Of a stretch of DNA of 64,000 bases, positions 1 through 11,700 are shown one piece after another. A program made the position numbers and the translations under genes. A model generated the notes under the pieces. The model was not told the origin of the DNA and searched no databases. It saw only the letters and a program-made list of their open reading frames with translations. The stretch is from Amphiscolops sp. MND2022 (lineage: Eukaryota), in the NCBI GenBank assembly GCA_964187785.1, contig OZ076409.1, forward strand, positions 72,108,001 through 72,172,000. The letters are read 5' to 3'. Numbering within the stretch: the first letter of the stretch is position 1; the number at the start of each line of letters is the position of its first letter.

Positions 1-885
1 ATTAAACCCTCCAAAAATGGGCCAAAATTACACGAAAAAATTGACCTTAAATTTTTAAAATGTCAAAAAATCATCAAAACCACAGCTTCTTGGGGTTCTA
101 TCAACTCCACGTGGTCCACAGAGTATGCTAAAACAGGTTTTACCTGTTTCTGAGCTATATGTGAAAAAACCGACATTTTGGGGAAGAAAAACATACCATT
201 TCCTAAAAAATTTCAAATGCACGCCATTTGCCGTATGAGAATAGCACAGAAAACTATCACATACCGATCAACTCTACTTCTATTGTAGATTATCAGATTT
301 TTGTTTAGAACAAATTTTTATGGATATAAAAAATTTTTAAACCCTCCAAAAATGAGCCAAAATAACACGAAAAAATGGACCCTAAATTTTTAAAATGTCA
401 AAAAATTATCCAAACCACAGCTTCTTGGGGTTCTATCAGCTCCACGTGGTCCACAGAGTATGCTAAAACAGGTTTTGCCCGTTTTTGAGCAGTATATGAA
501 AAAGCCGACATTTTTGGGGAAGAAAAACATACCATTTCCTAAATAATTTCAAATGCAGGCAATTTGCCGTATGAGAGTAGCACAGAAAACTATCACACAC
601 CGATCAACTCTACTTCTTTTGTAGATTATCAGAATTATGTTTAGAGTAAAGTTTTATGGATATGAAAAATTTTTATACCCTCCAAAAATGGGCCAAAATG
701 ACACGAAAAAATTGACCTCAAATTTTTAAAATGTCAAAAAATTATCCAAACCACAGCGTCTTGGCGTTCTATCAACTCCAAATGACCTTCAGAGTATACC
801 AAACCAGGTATTGCCAATCTTTTGAGCAATATTTAAAAACACCGACTATTTGGCAAGAACCCCATAATATGTTCCATAAAAGAAG
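1..885 (+). repeat. ~335-bp tandem repeat inside L module (partial)
   Basis: Recurrent AAACCCTCCAAAAATG / CCACGTGGTCCACAGAG / CATACCATTTCC motifs at ~335-bp period. Confidence 0.9.
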
Positions 886-1081
886 TGAATCATTCCACAT
901 ATATACCCGGTCTAATATTTCCAAATTAGCGATAACATTTATACATGATGGTTTTTGAAAGTGAGCTTCATAAGAGGTTGAGATGTAATAATACGTAAAT
1001 GGACCCTAAGTTTCATTGAAATCTCAATGGAATACGTCCAATCAACTTCAATCCTAACTATTATATAACAAAAAACACTTG

Positions 1082-1122
1082 AGTACATTCCATCTCCCCA
1101 TCGGGGGAGATGAGAATGTACT
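1082..1122. other. Long internal inverted repeat of L modules (also in Z at 52565-52607)
   Basis: AGTACATTC-CATCTCCCC-ATCG-GGGGAGATG-A-GAATGTACT: 18-bp stem with a 1-nt bulge. Confidence 0.85.
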
Positions 1123-1936
1123 TTTCAAAAGCCAAAAACTTCGAATTTTAAATCTTTTGTAACATTGTATGTAACTGTTGAAACGATGAACGAATAAAAA
1201 TGCTTCTAGTACCTTCATCAATTTTTGCTTCAGCTCCTATTTCTGCAGAACAAAACCAAAAGACACACTTACAGCAGTTAAGTTCGATTGTATAACTCAG
1301 TGAATAAAGGTATGACTGAGGAAGTTCACAAGTTGTTTCAAAAGTTTCCGGCCTTCCAAAATCATGAAACGTCCACACAACCAAGATAGCAAGTGAAAGA
1401 ATGCTGAATGCACCTTATTAGATGAGATAAATAATGTGTGGAACTTGCCATTATCTCAAGATGACGTTGATTTATGATCTTTTAAGGATAGTTCGATATG
1501 TGACCACAATAGTGGAAAACTTATTACTATTTGAAGAACACCGTGGAAAGCGTTCAGAAAGGACAGTATATTTGTTTCGAGCATGCATGCGTGTGTTCCT
1601 TTGGTGACGTTAGCTTAGTGTACATGACGGAGGTATTCGAGAGATTATGATAGAGTTTACTCACAAGTCTTTGTTTTTTTAAACTTTCTATGCCGTTGAG
1701 TACATTCGTAAGGTACATCCATCCCCTTCTCTGGGAATGTACGTTTGCCAAATGACTGTCATCCAAAATTCGTAATCCGGACGAGTTTAACTACATAAAC
1801 ATGTGATGAGCGTTTTCAATTCACAACCGAATAACATTTTTTTTCTCGAAAATGATGATGGTTTTGATTTTGATGTCTTCTACTTTTATCATCATGCAAA
1901 CGACCTTACCATGTCTCTCTTCTGTCGTGATTTGTA

Positions 1937-2048
1937 CAACGCCACATAGCGTTCCGACGCCCACCGTCTGTGGGCATGCCGAGGCATGCCCTTCGACGAC
2001 GTATGCCAAATGAGCCATACCCGCACTCTGGAGTGCGGTAGCGGCTAG
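1937..2048 (+). other. Conserved module 3'-terminal cassette (representative copy; present before all 21 junctions)
   Basis: CAACGCCACATAG..GACGCCCACCGTCTGT-GGGCATGCC GA GGCATGCCC (1972-1991)-TTCGACGACGTATGCC, then a family-specific tail with hairpin (2021-2038), then CTAG. Confidence 0.9.
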
Positions 2049-2104
2049 GTGGGCGGGGGTAATTCCCCTTCAAAAAATTCGGCCGGCGGGTTGGGTCCTG
2101 CCGG
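2049..2104 (+). other. Module 5'-terminal hairpin pair (representative copy)
   Basis: GGGG-TAATT-CCCC (2056-2068) and CCGGCGGG-TTGGGT-CCTGCCGG (2083-2104, one G-T pair). Confidence 0.75.
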
Positions 2105-3585
2105 ACGTCAAATAGTGTGAAACATCCAGTAGGAAACGGCGACATTTATCAGCGATTTTAAAATTGAACCGTTAGAATTTGGACTTGGAGTGCATGCGGG
2201 CCCAAAATGCCCATACGAATCGAAGTTCCTGCTGACGTTAAGCGATAAAAACACTTTATAAAAAGTTATGGCCCATTTTACGTTCACTTAGAGAGGTAAA
2301 ATGAGGAAAATTTTAACAAAGTTGCTGATAACTCAAAATACATTAATTTTTGGACTTTGACTGTGAAACAAGCTTGGAACCTTCATTTCGTGGCTGTGGC
2401 ATTGCACTGAACACAAAAGATGTAAAGTTTTCACATTTTTTGAAAATTCGACATTTTTGAATTTTTTTCACTACTATCAGTACACTATATGTCAAAAACA
2501 CCTCAGAAAAAAATTTTTATTTGCTTAAATTTAGAAACCTCGGTATCCATGGTTTCCGTCAGTACCTACTCGCAGCCAAACACTCAACAAATTGCATCCA
2601 ATGTGAAAATAAAATTTTTTTCGGGGTCATAAGCGTTTCACAAGGATTTCTCAACTTAGTATTAATTTACAAAATGGTCATTTTGAACACAATATTTTCA
2701 TCGAGGCTTGTCGGCTATAGCCTTAATGTTCTAGAACGGTCCCACTGGCAACGTAGGAACCATTTATAGTAATAGAAAGTTTTAAAAAAATTTTTTCATC
2801 CGGTCTTCAGTCATTTTTCAGTCATTCGGAACTTAACTTAGAAAAATTTCGACCAAAATACCCATTTTTTGTCAGGTCGAAAATTCAAATTCAGATTTTT
2901 AAGCAAAATTATTAACTCTGACGTAACCCATGGGGCCCATGATACTCAAAACAACAATTGACACTGGTATCAATGGCTCCAATAACATATGAGTCGCGAT
3001 AAGACGTTATTTTGAGCATTACGTCTCAATTGAGGTAAAGATCTCGCAAGCCAGCGATCACTGTGAAATGTGATTTCATCAAAAATTTACTCATTTTTGT
3101 CAATCACTATGTGCACAGAATGCGTAGGGTGCGTTTCAGCACTATAATGAGGTATTTGAAAGCATCGAGTTGCTCAAGGGGTGGTATGAGACCTTTTTGT
3201 CCCATATACTTCTGTATTTTCCAAAATTTTTAGCCCAATATCTGGAAATACAAACATGACAAAATACTTTCAACTACTTTATTCAAAGGTTACAATATAG
3301 ATGAACACTGTGGTTGATCAGAAACTTTCATCTCTTTCGTTTTCCGAAATATTTCCCTTCGCATGTGTTACATTTGTAGCAGAAAAAAATCGATACAGAA
3401 AAATACGCTATTTTGCTAATATAGAATCGCAATGATTGTGCCTAAAAACTCTTTAAACACTTCTAACGCGACCTTACGCACCCAAAAAGATCGAAAAGGC
3501 TATTCACAATGGTGACTTGTGCTCTTTCAACGATCCTGACTGAACAATTTTCGCAAATTATTCAAGTACCTGTTAACTGAATCTC

Positions 3586-3633
3586 GTGATAGCCTTTTAA
3601 GTTGGCCTTGTGTCAACTTGGGAAGGCTATCAC
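3586..3633. other. Long internal inverted repeat of S modules (also in Y at 49012-49054)
   Basis: GTGATAGCCTTTTAAGTTGGC-CTTGT-GTCAACTTGGGAAGGCTATCAC: ~20-bp stem with G-T pairs. Confidence 0.85.
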
Positions 3634-4842
3634 ATCAAAAAATTTTCAACAAAAATACTTTTTGTTTATTGAAAATGACAGTCGATATATAATTTCGTGA
3701 TTCTATGCTACCGTTAGTACCTTCCATTAAGTCACCTGACGATTGCATTCAGTCTTTGATAAATACCTATGAACTCGAAGTCATATTTATAACTTTTTTG
3801 CTAAAAATAAACATCAAAATTATCCAAATTTATTAAAATTGAGTCTTTATTGTTTTTGTTTTTCTTTTTCTACTGTTATTAGGCCCATCAACTTCCTACA
3901 GCCACGCTCTCTGTCATACTGTACAACGCCACATAGTGTTGCGACGTGCACGGTCTGTGGGCATGCCGAGGCATGCCCTTCGACGACGTATGCCGAATAC
4001 CGCGGGCCTACGCCCGCGCTCCCCGGCTAGGTGGGCGGGGGTAATTCCCCAACTAAAAAATCGGCCGGCGGGTAGGGTCCTGCCGGCCGTCCAAAATCAA
4101 AAATATACTAGTAGAAAACGGCCGGTCAAACGAGCTATTTTTTTATTTAACCGTTAGAATTTGGGTTTAGATTGCATGCGGCCATGAAATGGCCATACGA
4201 ATCGAAGTTCCTGCTGACGTTTTGCGATTGAAACACTTTATAAAAAGTTATGGCCAATTTGTCAGTCACCTAGAAGGGCAAAATGAGGAAAATTTTAACA
4301 AAGTCGCTGATAACTCAAAATGTGTTATTTTTTGGACTTTGACTGTGAAACAAGCTTGGAACCTTCATTTCGTGGCTGTGGCATTGCACTGAACGCAAAA
4401 GATGTAAAGTTTTTACATTTTTTGAAAATTTGACATTTTTGAAATTTTTTTCACTACTATCAGTACCATATATGTCAAAAACACCTCAGAAAAAAAATTT
4501 TATTTGCTTTAACTTGGAAACCTTGGTATCCATGGTTTCTGTCGGAACCTACTCGCAACCAAACAACCAACAGTTTGCATCCAATGTGAAAATAAAAAAT
4601 TTTTCTGGGTCATAAGCGTTTCACAAGGATTTCTCAACTTAGTATTACTTTACAAAATGGTCATTTTGAACACAATATTTTCATCGAGGCTTGTCGGCTA
4701 TAGCCTTAATGTTCTAGAACGGTCCCACTGGCAACGTAGGAACCATTTATAGTAATAGAAAGTTTTTAAAAAATATTTTCACCCTGTTTTCAGTCATTTT
4801 TCAGTCATTCGGAACTTAACTTAGAAAAATTTCGACCAAAAT

Positions 4843-5960
4843 ACCCATTTTTTGACAGATCGAAAATTCAAATTCAACTTTTTAAGCAAAATTATTAACT
4901 CTGACGTAACCAGTGGGGCTCATGATACTCAAAAACACGATTGGGACTGGTACCAATGGCTCCAATATCATATGAGCCGCGATAAGACGTTATTTTGAGC
5001 AATACGTCTCAATTGAGGGAAACATCTCGCAAGCCTGGGATCACAGTTAAAAGTGATTTCGTCAAAAATTTACTCTTTTTCGTCAATCACTATGTACACA
5101 GAGTGCGTAGGGTGAGTTTCAGCACTATAATGCGGTTTTTGAAGGAATCGGTCTGCTCAAGGGGTGGTATGAGACATTTTTTTGCATGTAGTACTATATT
5201 TCTCAAAACTTTTAGCCCATTATCTCGAAAAGCTCACTTCGCAAATTACTTTCAGTTACTCTATTCGAAGCTTAGAATATATATGAACACTGTGGTTGAT
5301 CAGAAACTCTTGACTATTTTGTTTTTGGAAAAAAACTGCCTTGCATGTGTTACATTAGTGGCAGGAAAAATACCAGTAGCTCCAAAAATCACAATTTTGG
5401 ACGGACAGACCTGCAATGATGCAAAGCAAAAACGTTTCAACAACTTCTGGCGCCACTTTTTTTACCCAAGAGGTTCGAAAACACCATTAACAATGCTGAC
5501 ATTCGCAATAAATAAGATCGAGGTCTATTTACTAACACTTAGAATTTAAATTTTTTTCTCGGAAACCCATTATTGTCAGGTCGCAAATTCAAATTTGGTT
5601 TTGGAAGCAATACTTTTCACTCTGAAGCAAACCGTTGGGCCCAAAATACTCAACAACAACAAAAAGACTATCACCATATGCTCTAATAACATATGAGATG
5701 CGACTGTATGTTTTTAACACAATAACTCTCATTCTGAAGTAAACATGTTGAAAGCCTTGAATCACCGTGAGACGTGATTTCATCAAAAAACATTTCTTTT
5801 TCGTCAATCTTTATCTACACAGAACACGTTGTGTCATTTTCAGCCGTGAAATGAGCTTCTACCGTAATATGGGTTGCTCAAGGTGTTGTATAAGACAAAA
5901 ACTTCCTCTTTTCTACTATCTTCTTCAAATATTTCAACCCTTTGTCACAAGAAGTTAATA
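4843..5960 (+). repeat. Old internal duplication in L modules (~720-bp offset; representative copy)
   Basis: 4843-5180 (ACCCATTTTTTGACAGATCG...TGCTCAAGGGGTGGTATGAGAC) aligns by eye with 5564-5897 (ACCCATTATTGTCAGGTCG...TGCTCAAGGTGTTGTATAAGAC). Confidence 0.8.
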
Positions 5961-6264
5961 TTCAAAATCTCTTTGAAATGTTTCTTTAGGTTGGGGTGAA
6001 GTGTTAGAACAATAATTATGATCGAAGAATGATAGTATTGGTGTTTGGACCATGTCCGGATGAACAAATTGCAAAATCATGAAAAATTTCTTACCATTTT
6101 TGGTCATTTTGTCAGTACTAAAAATGTTAGCTGAAAAAGAATTTTTTGATGGCACCATTCGATTCCTCTCAAAAAGTTAGCTATATGAACTGTGTAATAA
6201 CCCCGTATCTTTTCAATTTAAATAATTTTAAAAAGCAAACTTTTTTGACTAAAATCCTAAAAAT

Positions 6265-7608
6265 CATACCATTTCCTAAAAAATTTCAAATGCCCCCCAT
6301 TTGACGTATAAGAATAGCACAGAAAACTATCACATACCGATCGACTCTACTTCCATTGTAGATTACCAGAATTTTGTTTAGAACAATTTTTGACGGATGC
6401 AAAAAAAAATTAAACCCTCCAAAAAAGGGCCAAAATTACACGAAAAAATTGACCTTAAAATTTTAAAATGTCGAAAAATCATCAAAACCACAGCTTCTTG
6501 GGGTTCTATCAACTCCACGTGGTCCACAGAGTATGTTAAAACAAGTTTTACCCGTATTTGAGCAATATGTGAAAAAGCCGACTTTTTTGGGAATGAAAAA
6601 CATACCATTTCCTAAAAAATTTCAGACGCACCCCATTTGACGTATAAGAATAGCACAGAAAACTATCACATACCGATCGACTCTACTTCCATTGTAGGTT
6701 ACCAGAATCTTGTTTAGAACAATTGTTGACGGATGCAAAAAAAATTAAACCCTCCAAAAATGGGCCAAAATTACACGAAAAAATTGACCTTAAATTTTTA
6801 AAATGTCAAAAAATCATCAAAACCACAGCTTCTTGGGGTTCTATCAATTCCACGTGGTCCACAGAGTATGCTAAAACAGGTTTTACCTGTTTCTGAGCTA
6901 TATGTGAAAAAACCGACATTTTGGGGAAGAAAAACATACCATTTCCTAAAAAACTTCAAATGCACGCCATTTGCCGTATGAGAATAGCACAGAAAACTAT
7001 CACATACCGATCAACTCTACTTCTATTGTAGATTATCAGATTTTTGTTTAGAACAAATTTTTATGGATATAAAAAATTTTTAAACCCTCCAAAAATGAGC
7101 CAAAATAACACCAAAAAATGGACCCTAAATTTTTAAAATGTCAAAAAATTATCCAAACCACAGCTTCTTGGGGTTCTATCAGCTCCACGTGGTCCACAGA
7201 GTATGCTAAAACAGGTTTTGCCCGTTTTTGAGCAGTATATGAAAAAGCCGACATTTTTGGGGAAGAAAAACATACCATTTCCTAAATAATTTCAAATGCA
7301 GGCAATTTGCCGTATGAGAGTAGCACAGAAAACTATCACACACCGATCAACTCTACTTCTTTTGTAGATTATCAGAATTATGTTTAGAGTAAAGTTTTAT
7401 GGATATGAAAAATTTTTATACCCTCCAAAAATGGGCCAAAATGACACGAAAAAATTGACCTCAAACTTTTAAAATGTCAAAAAATTATCCAAACCACAGC
7501 GTCTTGGCGTTCTATCAACTCCAAATGACCTTCAGAGTATACCAAACCAGGTATTGCCAATCTTTTGAGCAATATTTAAAAACACCGACTATTTGGCAAG
7601 AACACCAT
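6265..7608 (+). repeat. ~335-bp tandem repeat, ~4 copies
   Basis: CATACCATTTCCTAAA at 6265, 6601, 6935 and 7271 (periods 336, 334, 336). Confidence 0.92.
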
Positions 7609-8791
7609 AATATGTTCCATATAAGAAGTGAATCATTCCACATATATACCCGGTCTAATATTTCCAAATTAGCGATAACATTTATACATGATGGTTTTTG
7701 AAAGTGAGCTTCATAAGAGGTTGAGATGTAATAATACGTAAATGGACCCTAAGTTTCATTGAAATCTCAATGGAATACGTCCAATCAACTTCAATCCTAA
7801 CTATTATATAACAAAAAACACTTGAGTACATTCCATCTCCCCATCGGGGGAGATGAGAATGTACTTTTCAAAAGCCAAAAACTTCGAATTTTAAATCTTT
7901 TGTAACATTGTATGTAACTGTTGAAACGATGAACGAATAAAAATGCTTCTAGTACCTTCATCAATTTTTGCTTCAGCTCCTATTTCTGCAGAACAAAACC
8001 AAAAGACACACTTACAGCAGTTAAATTCGATTGTATAACTCAGTGAATAAAGGTATGACTGAGGAAGTTCACAAGTTGTTTCAAAAGTTTCCGGCCTTCC
8101 AAAATCATGAAACGTCCACACAACCAAGATAGCAAGTGAAAGAATGCTGAATGCACCTTATTAGATGAGATAAATAATGTGTGGAACTTGCCATTATCTC
8201 AAGATGACGTTGATTTATGATCTTTTAAGGATAGTTCGATATGTGACCACAATAGTGGAAAACTTATTACTATTTGAAGAACACCGTGGAAAGCGTTCAG
8301 AAAGGACAGTATATTTGTTTCGAGCATGCATGCGTGTGTTCCTTTGGTGACGTTAGCTTAGTGTACATGACGGAGGTATTCGAGAGATTATGATAGAGTT
8401 TACTCACAAGTCTTTGTTTTTTTAAACTTTCTATGCCGTTGAGTACATTCGTAAGGTACATCCATCCCCTTCTCTGGGAATGTACGTTTGCCAAATGACT
8501 GTCATCCAAAATTCGTAATCCGGACGAGTTTAACTACATAAACATGTGATGAGCGTTTTCAATTCACAACCGAATAACATTTTTTTTCTCGAAAATGATG
8601 ATGGTTTTGATTTTGATGTCTTCTACTTTTATCATCATGCAAACGACCTTACCATGTCTCTCTTCTGTCGTCATTTGTACAACGCCACATAGCGTTCCGA
8701 CGCCCACCGTCTGTGGGCATGCCGAGGCATGCCCTTCGACGACGTATGCCAAATGAGCCATACCCGCACTCTGGAGTGCGGTAGCGGCTAG

Positions 8792-11700
8792 GTGGGCGGG
8801 GGTAATTCCCCAACAAAAAAATCGGCCGGCGGGTCGGGTCCTGCCGGCCGTCCAAAATCAAAATTATACTAGTAGAAAACGGCCGGTCAAACGAGCTATT
8901 TTTTTATTTAACCGTTAGAATTTGGGTTTAGATTGCATGCGGCCATGAAATGGCCATACGAATCGAAGTTCCTGCTGACGTTTTGCGATTGAAACACTTT
9001 ATAAAAAGTTATGGCCAATTTGTCAGTCACCTAGAAGGGCAAAATGAGGAAAATTTCAACAAAGTCGCTGATAACTCAAAATGTGTTAATTTTTGGACTT
9101 TGACTGTGAAACAAGCTTGGAACCTTCATTTCGTGGCTGTGGCATTGCACTAAACACAAAAGATGTAAAGTTTTTACATTTTTTGAAAATTCGAAATATT
9201 TGAAATTTTTTTCACTACTATCAGTACCCCATATGTCAAAAACACCTCAGAAAAAAATTTTTATTTGCTTTAAATTGAATACCTTGGTATCCATGGTTTC
9301 TGTCGGAACCTACTCGCAGCCAAACACCCAACAGTTTGCATCCAATGTGAAAATAATTTTTTTTTCGAGGTTATAGGTGTATCACAAGGATTTCACAACT
9401 TAGTATTAATTTACAAAATGGTCATTTTCAACATCATATTTTCATCGAGGCATGTCGGATATAGTCTTAATGCTCACGACCGGTCCTACTGGCAACGTAA
9501 TACCCATTTATAGAAATATAAAGTTTAAAAAAAATATTTTCACCCGATCTTCAGTCATTTTTCAGTCATTCGGAACTTAACTTAGAAAAATTTCGACCAA
9601 AATACCCATTTTTGTCAGGTCGAAAATTCAAATTCAGCTTTTTAAGCTAAATTATTAAATCTGACGTAACCAGTGGGGCCAATGAAACTCAAAACTGCAA
9701 TAGACACTGGTATCAATGGCTCCAATAACATATGAGTCGCGATAAGGCGTTATTTTGAGCATTACGTCTCAATTGAGGTAAACATCTCGCAAGCCAGAGA
9801 TCACTGTGAAAAGTGATTTCATCAAAAATTTACTCATTTTCGTCAATCACCATGTGCACAGAATGCGTAGGGTGAGTTTCAGCACTATAATGCGGTTTTT
9901 GAAGGAATCGGTCTGCTCAAGGGGTGGTATGAGACATTTTTTTTCATGTAGTACTATATTTCTCAAAACTTTTAGCCCATTATCTCGAAAAGCTCACTTC
10001 GCAAATTACTTTCAGTTACTCTATTCGAAGCTTAGAATATATATGAACACTGTGGTTGATCAGAAACTCTTGACTATTTTGTTTTTGGAAAAAAACTGCC
10101 TTGCATGTGTTACATTAGTGGCAGGAAAAATACCAGTAGCTCCAAAAATCACAATTTTGGACGGACAGACCTGCAATGATGCAAAGCAAAAACGTTTCAA
10201 CAACTTCTGGCGCCACTTTTTTTACCCAAGAGGTTCGAAATTACTATTAACAATGCTGACATTCGCTATAAATAAGATCGAGGTCAATTTACTAACACTT
10301 AGGTTATACATTTATATCTGAGAAACCATTCTTTGTCAGGTCGCAATTTTAAATTTAGTTTGGGAAACAATACTTTTCACTCTGAAGCAAACCGTTGGGC
10401 CCAAATTACTCAAAAACTACAAAAAGACTGTCACCATATGCCCTAATAGCATATGAGATTCGACCGTTCGTTTTTAACACAAAAACTCTCATCCGAAGTA
10501 AACATGTTGAAAGCCTTGAATCACCGTGAGAAATGATTTCATCAAAAAATATTCCTTTTTCGTCAATCTTCATCTACACAGAACACGTTGTGTCATTTTC
10601 AGCCGTGAAATGAGCTTCTACCGTAATATGGGTTGCTCAAGGTGTTGTATAAGACAAAAACTTCCTCTTTTCTACTATCTTCTTCAAATATTTCAACCCT
10701 TTGTCACAAGAAGTTAATATTCAAAATCTCTTTGAAATGTTTCTTTAGGTTGGGGTGAAGTGTTAGAACAATAATTATGATCGAAGAATGATAGTATTGG
10801 TGTTTGGACCATGTCCGGATGAACAAATTGCAAAATCATGAAAAATTTCTTACCATTTTTGGTCATTTTGTCAGTACTAAAAATGTTAGCTGAAAAAGAA
10901 TTTTTTTGATGGCACCATTGGATTCCTCTCAAAAAGTTAGCTATATGAACTGTGTAATAACCCCGTATCTTTTCAATTTAAATAATTTTAAAAAGCAAAC
11001 TTTTTTGACTAAAATCCTAAAAATCATACCATTTCCTAAAAAATTTCAAATGCCCCCCATTTGACGTATAAGAATAGCACAGAAAACTATCACATACCGA
11101 TCGACTCTACTTCCATTGTAGATTACCAGAATTTTGTTTAGAACAATTTTTGACGGATGCAAAAAAAATTTAAACCCTCCAAAAAAGGGCCAAAATTACA
11201 CGAAAAAATTGACCTTAAAATTTTAAAATGTCGAAAAATCATCAAAACCACAGCTTCTTGGGGTTCTATCAACTCCACGTGGTCCACAGAGTATGTTAAA
11301 ACAAGTTTTACCCGTATTTGAGCAATATGTGAAAAAGCCGACTTTTTTGGGAATGAAAAACATACCATTTCCTAAAAAATTTCAAACGCACCCCATTTGA
11401 CGTATAAGAATAGCACAGAAAACTATCACATACCGATCGACTCTACTTCCATTGTAGGTTACCAGAATCTTGTTTAGAACAATTGTTGACGGATGCAAAA
11501 AAAAATTAAACCCTCCAAAAATGGGCCAAAATTACACGAAAAAATTGACCTTAAATTTTTAAAATGTCAAAAAATCATCAAAACCACAGCTTCTTGGGGT
11601 TCTATCAACTCCACGTGGTCCACAGAGTATGCTAAAACAGGTTTTACCTGTTTCTGAGCTATATGTGAAAAAACCGACATTTTGGGGAAGAAAAACATAC

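Larger units (their letters stand above)
1..2048 (+). mobile_element. L-class module, 5'-truncated by window edge (putative non-autonomous element)
   Basis: Near-identical to the 3' 2 kb of 4031-8791. Ends in box + CCGCACTC-TG-GAGTGCGG hairpin + CTAG. Confidence 0.6.
2049..4030 (+). mobile_element. S-class module (1982 bp)
   Basis: Starts GTGGGCGGGGGTAATTCCCC. Ends in box + CGCGGGC-CTAC-GCCCGCG hairpin + CTAG. Homologous to ten other ~1.99 kb modules. Confidence 0.65.
4031..8791 (+). mobile_element. L-class module (4761 bp)
   Basis: GTGG start and CTAG end. Shares its 5' ~1.45 kb with the S class and contains the ~335-bp internal tandem repeat. Confidence 0.65.

Noticed and set aside
107..114. 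CCACGTGG E-box-like palindrome in the 335-bp repeat
   Set aside because: Short motif multiplied by tandem repetition and mutated in several monomers. No independent evidence of function.
1966..2048. CRISPR-like reading (palindromic repeat followed by a variable 30-41 nt segment)
   Set aside because: Repeats are 1.3-4.8 kb apart, the variable segment is fixed per family and identical across copies, and no cas genes are present.
2049..2096. G-quadruplex at module 5' ends
   Set aside because: G-runs are present but separated by a long loop, and they have complementary C-runs that favour hairpins. The pattern is not kept in all families.
1937..2104. Bacterial integron attC cassettes
   Set aside because: No RYYYAAC/GTTRRRY core sites at the joints, no cassette ORFs and no integrase. 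The similarity is only architectural.
1937..2104. 5S rRNA, tRNA, snRNA/SL RNA or hammerhead ribozyme at the conserved GC-rich joint
   Set aside because: I see no A/B/C boxes, cloverleaf, Sm site or CUGANGA/GAAA core on either strand. An Rfam scan would be needed to exclude an unusual ncRNA.
2049..4030. Canonical TIR transposon/MITE, LTR or SINE interpretation
   Set aside because: No terminal inverted repeats at the module ends, no TG...CA termini, no poly-A tail and no target-site duplications.
4995..5549. Longest ORF (184 aa; copies at 9806 and 41013) and the other recurrent 60-126 aa ORFs
   Set aside because: No recognisable domain. Composition reflects A/T tracts (F, K, I, N), many starts are non-ATG, and homologous copies are frameshifted or stopped (e.g. 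split at 14516/14805). They recur only because the DNA is repeated.
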